Below are positions 24,044 to 32,000 of a stretch of DNA of 32,000 bases, piece after piece. The notes beneath the pieces were generated by a model. The model ran no database searches and had not been told where the DNA came from. It saw only the letters and a list, made by a program, of their open reading frames with translations. A program made the translations under genes and the position numbers. The DNA is from Pyrodictium abyssi (GTDB taxonomy: Archaea > Thermoproteota > Thermoprotei_A > Sulfolobales > Pyrodictiaceae), in NCBI RefSeq assembly GCF_036323395.1, contig NZ_AP028907.1, positions 750,001 through 782,000 of the forward strand. The letters are read 5' to 3'. Numbering within the stretch: the stretch's first letter is position 1; the number at the start of each line of letters is the position of its first letter.

Positions 24044-24133
24044 TGGCGCCGGGGGCGGGATTTGAACCCGCGCGGCCCGGCTGGGGCCACCGGCTCTCCA
24101 GGCCGGCCCCTTGGTCCGCTCGGGCACCCCGGC
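24044..24133 (-). tRNA. tRNA-Ser (anticodon GGA), CCA encoded
   Basis: Acceptor GCCGGGG/CCCCGGC, anticodon stem-loop CCGGC-CTGGAGA-GCCGG, long variable arm, T-arm GCGGGTTCAAATCCCGC, discriminator G plus CCA. Confidence 0.96.
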
Positions 24134-24206
24134 GCCCAGGGGCTCCCCGGTTCACGGGTGGCTCTAGGGGCGGGGGAGGGTTATTGGTTTTCCCCGGTGG
24201 AGTCCC

Positions 24207-24827
24207 TCATGCTTTCCTGGCGTAGAGTATTGTATAGCCTTTCTTCCTGAGGGCTACCCGTGCGTCTCCGAAGGCTTCCTTCATGAGGTCTAGTGCACGG
24301 TTGGCCCCCTTCCTCATGACTAGCTGCAACGTGCCGCCGGGGGCTATGTGCTGTGGCGCGCGGCGTATTATCTCCTCTATGGTGGCCATTCCGGCTGCTA
24401 GCGGCGGGTTGGAGAGGATTGCGTCGAATACCCTGCCCTCTACTGGCTCGTAGAGGTTTCCGTGGAGTACGGTGACCCGGTCCTCTACCCGGTTGTGCCG
24501 GGCGTTGAGCTTTGCTAGCTCTACCGCGCGGGGATTTACATCTACCATTACTACGCGTAGCCTGGGGTACGCCTTGGCCAGGGTTATGCCTATGGCTCCG
24601 TAGCCGCAGCCGAGGTCGAGGACTGTGCCCTGTTCCGGCACCTCTGCGTGCTCTATGAGCAGCCTGGTGCCAGTGTCTACCTCTCTGGGGGAGAAGACGT
24701 CGCTGGATACGTAGAACTCTACCGTTACTCCGCGTAGGTGGTCGCTTATCAGCCTCCGTGGGCCGCGGCGGCTCCGGGGCCGGTAGTAGTGGCTGGGGGT
24801 CAACGCTTCTTCTCCCGCTGCTTCCAC
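24207..24827 (-). CDS. Class I SAM-dependent methyltransferase, RsmC/RlmG-like
   Basis: VLDLGCGYGAIGITLAKAYP, VVMVDVNPRAVELAKLNA, FDAILSNPPL. Confidence 0.9.
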   Translation of the reverse strand: MEAAGEEALTPSHYYRPRSRRGPRRLISDHLRGVTVEFYVSSDVFSPREVDTGTRLLIEHAEVPEQGTVLDLGCGYGAIGITLAKAYPRLRVVMVDVNPRAVELAKLNARHNRVEDRVTVLHGNLYEPVEGRVFDAILSNPPLAAGMATIEEIIRRAPQHIAPGGTLQLVMRKGANRALDLMKEAFGDARVALRKKGYTILYARKA

Positions 24828-25846
24828 GCCTTGGGGTAGACCCCGGGCTTCATTATCACGCGGCGTATCTTCACAGCGATACCGCGCTTGGCTTTGGCCA
24901 TCTCCTCGCTGCTCATCTGGGCGACGCCTACTGCTACTAGCTCGCCCTTGAGGGTGAAGAGTGCTACTAGGTCGCCGCGCTGTATACCTTCGTGTAGCCT
25001 CACTATGCCCGGTACTGCTAGGTTCGCTCCGTGGGCTATCGCGTCTACTGCTGTGTCGCGTATCACTATCTTGGGTAGGTGGCTCACTGCGTACTCGATG
25101 GGCTTGATGTACTTTCTCAGTAGGTCTTCTTTGCCCTCGTTGCGCCAGCGGTAGAGCGCCTCGCTTAGGTCCTGTAGGCGTACGAGCCCGTGCTGTTCGC
25201 GGAACGGGCCGCTCTTGGTGCGACGTAGCTCTCTCATGTGGGCGCCGACACCGAGTATGAGGCCGACGTCGTGACAGAGTTTCCTCATGTAGGTGCCTGC
25301 CTCGCAGAAGACACGCATCAGGGCGTAGCGGCCGTTGTACTCAAGGAGTTCTATCTCGTAGATCTTCTTTGTTCTTAGGCTCCTCTTGACGCTGCTGCGG
25401 AGCGGCGGCCTCTGGTAGATCTCCCCCACGAACATCTCTAGCGCCCGGCGTAGGTCCTGCTCAGGCACGGGATGATGGAGCTGCATTACACACGTGTACT
25501 CCTTGCCGGTGTGGACTACTAGGCCTATGACCTTTGTAGCCTCCTCGAGGGCTACCGGGAGTACGCCAGTCACCTTCGGGTCTAGCGTGCCGCCGTGCCC
25601 AGCCTTGGAGAGGCCGAACATCCGCTTAACCCAGGCTACTACCTCGTGGCTCGTGGGCCCCGGCGGCTTGTCGAGCGCCACGACGCCGAGCTTTATGTGC
25701 TGCTCTATGGGCCTCTCCCAGGGCGGCGTGCCGTAGTCGGGGCTCGTCTCCTCGTCTAGCCGTACTATCCACTTCCTCTCTACGCCGGCGAACCGGTCAA
25801 GCTTCTCTATGAACTCTAGGCCCTGCCGGGTTAGGCTGCTCGACAT
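24800..25846 (-). CDS. cbf5: tRNA/rRNA pseudouridine synthase Cbf5 (dyskerin/TruB family)
   Basis: LDKPPGPTSHEVVAWVKRMFGLSKAGHGGTLDPKVTGVLPVALEEATK and a C-terminal PUA region. Confidence 0.97.
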   Translation of the reverse strand: MSSSLTRQGLEFIEKLDRFAGVERKWIVRLDEETSPDYGTPPWERPIEQHIKLGVVALDKPPGPTSHEVVAWVKRMFGLSKAGHGGTLDPKVTGVLPVALEEATKVIGLVVHTGKEYTCVMQLHHPVPEQDLRRALEMFVGEIYQRPPLRSSVKRSLRTKKIYEIELLEYNGRYALMRVFCEAGTYMRKLCHDVGLILGVGAHMRELRRTKSGPFREQHGLVRLQDLSEALYRWRNEGKEDLLRKYIKPIEYAVSHLPKIVIRDTAVDAIAHGANLAVPGIVRLHEGIQRGDLVALFTLKGELVAVGVAQMSSEEMAKAKRGIAVKIRRVIMKPGVYPKAWKQREKKR

Positions 25847-26093
25847 AGCTTGTGTGCCCTCCCTCTGCCGCTATGGCCTATAGCCTGCTAGCCCCCTATA
25901 ACCCCGCAGTACAAGCACTACGGCCTACCCGACCCCTGCCGGGGACACACCGGCCGAGGGGACGCGTAGAAGGCAGCCTGCAGCACGGGAACGTAGCTTA
26001 CATGGATACTCGGCCAGCGAGGAGCCGGCTGGGAAGACGGCTGCCCCGAGCAGAGGAGGAGAGGGGCAGCGCGCACGCGGGGAAAGAACGGCG

Positions 26094-26390
26094 TTACAGT
26101 AGGCCAGGCTTTAGCTCTACGCGTACACGCTCCTTCATGAAGTCTAGTAGGCCTGCCTCCTCTAGCGCCTTCTTTACCTCCTCGTCGCTGGCGCCGGGCT
26201 CGATGTTTATCTTCTCCGGGAGCACCTCGATGTGGTTTATGTTGGCGCGTCTCCTCTTGACGCCGGACACGTCCTTGGGGCCGGTTATCACGACGAAGTT
26301 ATCGTCTATTATCTCTACTATAACGCACTTCCTGCCTGCCTCGCGGCCACGGAGCTTTACGCAGAGACGGCCTACCTCTATCGCGGGCAT
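26094..26390 (-). CDS. rpl14e: Ribosomal protein L14e
   Basis: [61 protein letters not shown]. Confidence 0.95.
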   Translation of the reverse strand: MPAIEVGRLCVKLRGREAGRKCVIVEIIDDNFVVITGPKDVSGVKRRRANINHIEVLPEKINIEPGASDEEVKKALEEAGLLDFMKERVRVELKPGLL

Positions 26391-26444
26391 CGCTTCCCTA
26401 CCCCCAGCTCTAGGGGCCACCAGTGGCTGAGCTTCATTTAAGCC

Positions 26445-27041
26445 TTACCGGCTGCATGCTTCGAGCCTAAACCCCTTCTTAGCGAGCAGCCTGCACGTAT
26501 ACGTCTTTATCACTGCGTATGCCTCCTCGACGCTCAGCGGCTCGGTGTCAAGCACCAGGTTGAATATCTGTAGGTTGTTGACGTCTATCCCGTAGTAGTC
26601 TAGGAAGCGGCGCCAGTGCATGTACTCCCTCGCCACTGTCTCGCGGTAGACGTCGGCTAGGGGGCGGTTCTCGCGCATAGCTATCCGCTTTATCCGCACC
26701 TCGAGGGGCGCTGTCACGTATATCCTCACGTCGGCTACTCCGCCGAGCACCCATGCTACGAGATGGCCCTCCAGCACTACCCCGCCGCGGCACCCTATCT
26801 CTAGCGTCCTAGAGTCTATCTCGAGGTCTATGCTCGGATCCTCTGCTGCTATCCGGTTGAGCTCCTCTATGCTGACTCCCTGCTCGCGCGCAACCTCCCG
26901 GAATATCATGCCGGCAGAGTAGTACTGGAGCCCTAGGTCCTCGGCTAGCCGGCGAGCGTACGTCGTCTTACCGCTACCCGGAGGCCCGCTAACAGCTATT
27001 GTAGGGCCCTTCTTACCGCCACTGCATCTCCTTGCGATCAA
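26445..27041 (-). CDS. cmk: Cytidylate kinase, archaeal type
   Basis: TIAVSGPPGSGKTTYARRLAEDLGLQYYSAGMIFREVAREQGVSIEELNRIAAEDPSIDLEID. Confidence 0.93.
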   Translation of the reverse strand: MIARRCSGGKKGPTIAVSGPPGSGKTTYARRLAEDLGLQYYSAGMIFREVAREQGVSIEELNRIAAEDPSIDLEIDSRTLEIGCRGGVVLEGHLVAWVLGGVADVRIYVTAPLEVRIKRIAMRENRPLADVYRETVAREYMHWRRFLDYYGIDVNNLQIFNLVLDTEPLSVEEAYAVIKTYTCRLLAKKGFRLEACSR

Positions 27042-27309
27042 GCACCCGCCGCCTCCATGCCGCTAGACCGGGCTCTGCGAGTAATAATAGGTTGTAATTG
27101 GGTGGCCCCGGGCCCACAGGAGACGAGACGCCAGATAGACCATGAGGCCAGCACGGCTACGCGGGGTACCGGGCCAAAGGGCCGCCGAAGGCGTAGGAGG
27201 GTTCCGTAGAGGGCCTAGAAGGGCTCTCGGCCGGAGCTGCGCGGCGTGGAGACGCCGCAAGAAGGGGAGGAGGCCAGCGCAGAGGGTCTCCCTGGGAGCT
27301 TTTTGCTGG

Positions 27310-27606
27310 CTACTGCTTAGCCTGTAGCTGCTGGAGCACCTGGCTCCTTATCGTCTTCTTGAGCAGCTTGGTGAGACAGCTTGGGCACAGCACGCCGCCG
27401 TACATGCGCTCTGGGCGCTTAGCAGTCTTGGGCAGCTTCCGCAGCTCTATCGGGCGTAGCCTGGGCACACCGTTGAGCGGCTGGCCGCACACGGCGCACT
27501 TGGCTGGGCCTGGCCTCCGTTTCTCATAGTGTATCCGCGTCTCCCCGCCGGGTGTGCGGACGTAGACCCTCCTTAGGGAACGGCTCCTGTACCTGGGCCT
27601 GGGCAC
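27310..27606 (-). CDS. rpl34e: Ribosomal protein L34e
   Basis: [52 protein letters not shown]. Confidence 0.94.
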   Translation of the reverse strand: MPRPRYRSRSLRRVYVRTPGGETRIHYEKRRPGPAKCAVCGQPLNGVPRLRPIELRKLPKTAKRPERMYGGVLCPSCLTKLLKKTIRSQVLQQLQAKQ

Positions 27607-27649
27607 GCTTCTACACCCCGCGCTATAGCTCCACCCGGGGCTAGCCGCT

Positions 27650-28129
27650 CTACCGCCGGGCTTTCTTAAGCATTAGTATCCCTATGAGGTCGTACTGTAT
27701 CATGGGCAGGGACACGAGGAAGGCTAGCGCCGCCACGAGGCTTGACACAGTCACGCATCCGCCCCCGCCCGGCGACAGAGTGAGCCCCGGGATACAGCAG
27801 AGGGATGGGAACACCACGGGCCGCAGAGTAAAGACCACCACCGCGCCAAGGTAGACAGGGGTCAGCAGGGCGAGGCGGAGCATCGCGTACCTACGCACGC
27901 TTCTCTGCAGCAACGCTATACGCGAGTAGAGCTTGCCTGCGCGCCGCTTGACACGCTTATCGCCAGTGTCCCCTACCCGGCGGTACTCGTGTACAAGCTG
28001 TTCTAGCTCAGCCCGAGCCTCCAGATACGATGCGTCAACCATCCGGTGGAAGAGATACTCGGCAACAAGGACGCCCATCAACGCCAGTGCAACCACGTAG
28101 ACCTCGTAGACAAGCATGCCGGCAGCCAT
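27650..28129 (-). CDS. DUF106/EMC3-related (Oxa1 superfamily-like) membrane protein
   Basis: Multi-TM protein positioned between adkA and L34e as is typical for archaea; [26 protein letters not shown] coiled segment. Confidence 0.75.
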   Translation of the reverse strand: MAAGMLVYEVYVVALALMGVLVAEYLFHRMVDASYLEARAELEQLVHEYRRVGDTGDKRVKRRAGKLYSRIALLQRSVRRYAMLRLALLTPVYLGAVVVFTLRPVVFPSLCCIPGLTLSPGGGGCVTVSSLVAALAFLVSLPMIQYDLIGILMLKKARR

Positions 28130-28289
28130 ACCGCCTGCACCGCGCCAGCCTAGAAGAGGGCCTGGGCCAGCAGAACACTGTTACGCAACAGACTAGGGAG
28201 CCCCGGGAACCAGCACCGTGTACTCCAGCTGCAGCACTGCAGGACTCTGACAGGGCGCGTGCCTAGGGAAAAACGACAGGGGCTCTAGC

Positions 28290-28907
28290 CTAGCGTAGCT
28301 TCGCTGCGAGCTCTACTATCTTCTGAGCAGCTATACCGGGGTCGCCCTCCACGTTCTCGACGATATAGACGCTTGCTGCTACACGCACAGCGCTAGCCAT
28401 AGCAGCTATACGGGCCATCTCTATTAGGAGCTTTATAGCCTCCACGTTGCCTATATCGCTCCTCACTCGGCCCTTGTCACGCTGCTGCCTCGCGAGGATG
28501 ACCTCGGGCGCCGCCTCGACCAGGACAATCGAGTCGGGGCGGAGTTCCTTCACGACGTTCTCAGGTAGGCCGGGCCAGTAGCCGGTAGAGGTCTTGATGA
28601 CGGCATGGGTGTCTACGAATAGGAAGCCCTGCTCAGACAGCTTCTGCTCGGCGTCGCGGCGTATACTCTCGGCCGCCATCTCCTGGAGCTCGAGCTGCTT
28701 ACGGAGCGGGAGGTGCCTCATCTCGTCACGGTGCCTGACGAGACCCTGCTCCGACGCCACGCGGAACATGTAGTCGCCGAAGTTGACTACTAGCATCTCC
28801 TCGCCTTTCTCCTTCATTATCTCGACGACCTTGCCGAGTACTGTCGTCTTTCCTACGCCCGGCACACCTGTTACTATCACCGTTACGAAGGGGTTACGCA
28901 GCACCAC
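28290..28907 (-). CDS. adkA: Adenylate kinase, archaeal AdkA type
   Basis: VIVTGVPGVGKTTVLGKVVEIMKEKGEEMLVVNFGDYMFRVASEQGLVRHRDEMRHLPLRKQLELQEMAAE. Confidence 0.95.
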   Translation of the reverse strand: MVLRNPFVTVIVTGVPGVGKTTVLGKVVEIMKEKGEEMLVVNFGDYMFRVASEQGLVRHRDEMRHLPLRKQLELQEMAAESIRRDAEQKLSEQGFLFVDTHAVIKTSTGYWPGLPENVVKELRPDSIVLVEAAPEVILARQQRDKGRVRSDIGNVEAIKLLIEMARIAAMASAVRVAASVYIVENVEGDPGIAAQKIVELAAKLR

Positions 28908-29069
28908 GACCCATCTACCCCCACCATGCAGACCGCTGCTATGCTCCCCGGGAGGCCCATGCAGACACAGACTAGAGCCCGTATTCCGTGTGCAAAATTA
29001 TGCAGGGAAGTGGGCCACCCTAGGCCCACACGAGGCCCAGACCCGCAGGTGTTTAAAAAGTTAGACTGC

Positions 29070-30449
29070 CTAGCTGCCTATTAGCCTCTGCAGCATCGGG
29101 TACATCTCTAGCGTCCTCTCATACGCCAGTGTCTGGTAGAAGTTATACACTATACCTACCAGCAGCACTAGACCGGAGCCCGTACCGTAGGCGCCGAATA
29201 TGTCGGCGAGCACAGCCATAGCCGCCACGAGCAGCGAGCTTATCACTGTCAGCGGGTAGATGTACCTCGCCAGAATCCTCTCTAGCAGCTTGACGTTCCT
29301 ACGCAGACCCGGCAGCTCCATGCCGGACCTTACCAGGTTCTCTGCCTGGTGCCTAGGGCTGAGACCAGCTATCTCGACCCAGATGAATCCGAAGAAGAGG
29401 CCCAGTATGAGCCACGATACGGCGAATACTAGCGTACGCAGCGGGTCTGCAGCCGCGTCGAGGAGGCCTCTAGGCGGCCTTACATAGTGGTATAGCACCT
29501 CTAGGCCTCTTGCCACTGGACTGTCTGGCCCGGTTATGCCCGCTACCATCTGGTAGAACACAGCGATGTCTGAGACCACTATGCCAACGAACAGTATAGG
29601 TATGTTGGTCACGTAGATGAAGTTTAGCGGAATCCTAGTCTTTATACTGCCATAGCGCGGGCTAGTGACAGGTATGTAGACCCTCATTAGCTGGAAGTAT
29701 ATAAGTATCATCACTATAGCTATCGTGGCTATGAAGCCTACGAAGTCCGGTAGACCGTGGCGGAGAAACGCAAAGTCACCGGTCTTGATCACGTGGGCTA
29801 GCCAGCCGTAGTACTCTACCGGATTGTCGCTAACCTTTATTGGGCCCGCCAAGTGCCATGCGAATCCTTTGAGCACATTCGCTACTATGAAGAGGCTTAG
29901 AGCCGAGCCTATGCCCCAGCCGTTACGCACTAGCTCGTCAAACCATAGCAGTATGAGAGTGGCTACTACAAGCTGTATGACTACCAAGATCTTTATACTA
30001 GCTCCAACAGGGCAGCCGCCACCACCTAGCGCTGTTGCCCAGAACTGACAGCCCGCCGCATAGGCCGCTGCCTCGAGGAACGCGAACACTAGAGCCAAGG
30101 TACGCTGGGCGCCCATAAACACCTTACGATCACGGGGCCTAGTTAGATCCATCTCTATCAAGCCACCGCCCACAAGCACCTCAAGCACTATACCAGCTGT
30201 CACTATAGGGCCTATACCGAGCGTCATAAGCGAGCCGAGATTCATACCCAGTATCAGCGAGGCGAGAGCCTGTGACTGTTGCTGCTGGTACCCTAGCACG
30301 CCATATAGGGGTATTTCGCTCATAATTAGGTATAGTAGCACCACTATACCGGTCCATGCTAGCCTCGTTGGGAGAGGCGGGCGCCGGGCAGGTCTTTCCA
30401 CCGCCGGGATATACCGCGAAACCGAGGCGAGAGCCTCCAGTACACCCAT
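29070..30449 (-). CDS. secY: Preprotein translocase subunit SecY
   Basis: IPLYGVLGYQQQQ... LASLILGMNLGSLMTLGIGPIVTAGIVLEVLVGGGLIEMDL; ten-TM Sec61alpha pattern. Confidence 0.96.
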   Translation of the reverse strand: MGVLEALASVSRYIPAVERPARRPPLPTRLAWTGIVVLLYLIMSEIPLYGVLGYQQQQSQALASLILGMNLGSLMTLGIGPIVTAGIVLEVLVGGGLIEMDLTRPRDRKVFMGAQRTLALVFAFLEAAAYAAGCQFWATALGGGGCPVGASIKILVVIQLVVATLILLWFDELVRNGWGIGSALSLFIVANVLKGFAWHLAGPIKVSDNPVEYYGWLAHVIKTGDFAFLRHGLPDFVGFIATIAIVMILIYFQLMRVYIPVTSPRYGSIKTRIPLNFIYVTNIPILFVGIVVSDIAVFYQMVAGITGPDSPVARGLEVLYHYVRPPRGLLDAAADPLRTLVFAVSWLILGLFFGFIWVEIAGLSPRHQAENLVRSGMELPGLRRNVKLLERILARYIYPLTVISSLLVAAMAVLADIFGAYGTGSGLVLLVGIVYNFYQTLAYERTLEMYPMLQRLIGS

Positions 30450-30776
30450 TGCTGGCGTCGCCCCCAGGCCCAAAGCCAGCTCTCGCCCAGCTTTAAAGAG
30501 CCACCGGCCAGCTCTGTAGCCGGCTAGCCGTCATCGCCGACCTACCGATCTCTAAAGGTGTATGACCAGCAACCATCATAGACTATATAGTCACTTCAGG
30601 ATAGCTGCTGGAGCCACGGGGAGACAGCAGAAACAATGACCCGTAGAGGATCAGTAACAACCCCCTACACGAGGTTAGGACGGAAAAGACCGGAACAGCC
30701 CCGTAGTCAGAACATTAAAGCTGTACGAGCTAGGGCTACACTGACGGTTATGAGCCGGGGTTCAAAATACTGTGAC

Positions 30777-31235
30777 TCAGTCTTCTTCGCTACTGAGTAC
30801 TACTACTTCGCCGCCGGCCTCCTTTATCTTGCGTATAGCGGATTCGCTGGCAGCCGGTACTATCACCTTCACTGGCTTCGATATGCGGCCGCGGCCTAGC
30901 AGCTTGTTGTAGCCCAGGCTAGCCAGGTTTACCACTATCTTACCGCCTTCTTCGCTAGCCTTGCCCTCGCGCACCCACGTGTCCAGCTTCTCTGCTAGTT
31001 CACCCACGTTTATCTCGTTCACCTTTACCTCGTAGGTTAGCGGTCTGTTGAAGCCATGTTTGCCGAACCAGGTGGGAGCGTACTTTACTACCCATGTCCA
31101 CATGTGTTTGTGCATGCCAGCTGCGCCGAAGCCTCCGCGGCTACCGCTGCCACGGTGCTGGCCTATACGGCCCCAGCCCATTGTCCTAGTGCGGCCGCGT
31201 AGACGCCTACTCTTTTTCCTGCGACGGACGACCAC
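30777..31235 (-). CDS. rpl15: Ribosomal protein L15
   Basis: RRRKKSRRLRGRTRTMGWGRIGQHRGSGSRGGFGAAGMHKHMWTW. Confidence 0.96.
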   Translation of the reverse strand: MVVRRRKKSRRLRGRTRTMGWGRIGQHRGSGSRGGFGAAGMHKHMWTWVVKYAPTWFGKHGFNRPLTYEVKVNEINVGELAEKLDTWVREGKASEEGGKIVVNLASLGYNKLLGRGRISKPVKVIVPAASESAIRKIKEAGGEVVVLSSEED

Positions 31236-31284
31236 TACTCAACACCCGGAGGCTATCCCGCTTCCTAGCCCGGGGATGCAGGTG

Positions 31285-31827
31285 TTAGAGCATTCTCTTT
31301 ATAAGCTCGTTTATGCCAGCACCCCGGTAGCCTAGCTCGCCGCCAGCACCGTATGGCTTCTTTATGCTGCCCTTGAAGCCCCCGCGCGGCGGGTGTAGCC
31401 TAAACACCGGCTTTATTATCCATATCTTGTTCTTCTTGTCGTAGAGCTTGTGCAGCATTATCTCTCCCTTTAGCAGCTTGTCGGCCAGCTCCTCTATGCC
31501 GCCCTGCAGTCCTAGCTTCTCGCGGACATACTCGTCTGTCAGTGGCTTGTTGCCGGCGACACGGCCACGGCGGCGTAGGAGCTCTATCAGTGTCCCGCGG
31601 TCTATCTCGCCCCAGGTTACCCAGTCCTTGACCTTGTGTATCATCCTGTCTATGCCGGGGAGCGTTGAGGGGTACAGTACTAGGTGGAATTTGCGGTGCA
31701 GCCTTAGCAGCGACAGTGTGTACTCTACGTCGGGGTGTACATCTACCCTGCCACGTATCCTGATGATCGCGTAGAGCTTTACCTGGCCCACCGGAGCTGC
31801 CTTCTGCTCCGCCGTCGCGACTGCCAT
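31285..31827 (-). CDS. rpl30: Ribosomal protein L30
   Basis: [72 protein letters not shown]. Confidence 0.95.
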   Translation of the reverse strand: MAVATAEQKAAPVGQVKLYAIIRIRGRVDVHPDVEYTLSLLRLHRKFHLVLYPSTLPGIDRMIHKVKDWVTWGEIDRGTLIELLRRRGRVAGNKPLTDEYVREKLGLQGGIEELADKLLKGEIMLHKLYDKKNKIWIIKPVFRLHPPRGGFKGSIKKPYGAGGELGYRGAGINELIKRML

Positions 31828-31943
31828 TTCTTCATCCACCTCTACGCGTGAAGATAACTGAGGGATCACCGCCTACCAGGCTTATCCGGGGAGGGGTCGC
31901 CGGGATGGATGCATAGATGGGGTTAAACACAAGTGTACGTAGG

Positions 31944-32000
31944 TTAGCCCTGGGCGGCCTGCACCCAGTCGATGGGTGTCACGAACTTGTAGGTCTGCTT
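31944..32000 (-). CDS. rps5: Probable C-terminus of ribosomal protein S5 (partial)
   Basis: Minus frame ...KQTYKFVTPIDWVQAAQG*, immediately upstream of L30 as in the conserved spc-type order; only 18 residues visible. Confidence 0.5.
   Translation of the reverse strand, partial: KQTYKFVTPIDWVQAAQG

Larger units (their letters stand above)
1398..24133. mobile_element. Integrated provirus/plasmid-like element, about 22.6 kb, at tRNA-Ser(GGA)
   Basis: Direct repeat of the tRNA 3' part at both ends, tyrosine recombinase next to the left end, mostly hypothetical short ORFs inside, conserved host genes (amt; cbf5/ribosomal cluster) outside, and strong enrichment of GGCCGCGGCC inside. Confidence 0.88.

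Noticed and set aside
25852-26430. Plus-strand ORF 25852-26430 and other antisense ORFs opposite cbf5, secY and ribosomal genes
   Set aside because: These are shadow ORFs opposite strongly conserved genes in GC-rich DNA.
30887-30896. GGCCGCGGCC in the L15 gene as evidence of element sequence outside the att sites
   Set aside because: Single copy within a conserved ribosomal gene; explainable by GC-rich codons.
1-32000. CRISPR array
   Set aside because: No regularly spaced 24-37 nt direct repeats with unique spacers; the 11-bp iterons and scattered decamers do not fit.

Overview
This window is from a GC-rich hyperthermophilic archaeon (Crenarchaeota-type gene content). Host DNA lies on both sides of an integrated element of about 22.6 kb. 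Left host DNA: an ammonium transporter gene (<1..1098, minus). Right host DNA: a complete tRNA-Ser(GGA) at 24044..24133 (minus), an RsmC-like methyltransferase, and the conserved translation cluster cbf5 - L14e - cmk - L34e - DUF106 membrane protein - adkA - secY - L15 - L30 - S5 C-terminus. The element (about 1398..24133) is bounded by the tRNA-Ser and a degenerate second copy of its 3' part at 1400..1471. It carries a tyrosine recombinase next to the left end, a P-loop ATPase, and a cluster of secreted/membrane proteins. Two of these look like fused, polyprotein-like ORFs, and one contains an HtrA/trypsin-like serine protease domain. It also carries a PIN-domain toxin with a candidate antitoxin, a packed operon of small regulatory and Cys-containing proteins, coiled-coil proteins, and many hypotheticals. 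The best leads are: (1) the 10-bp palindrome GGCCGCGGCC, found 33 times inside the element by manual scan and once outside; (2) the polyprotein-like ORFs with a recurrent K-Y-[AM]..G / TM / GRGR[RK] module; (3) two inverted arrays of four 7-bp iterons at exact 11-bp period, about 200 bp apart, at 22704..22983; (4) two perfect 14-bp operators in a divergent promoter at 19587..19622. Overall it looks like an undescribed archaeal provirus or virus-like integrative element. No recognisable major capsid gene could be assigned by eye.
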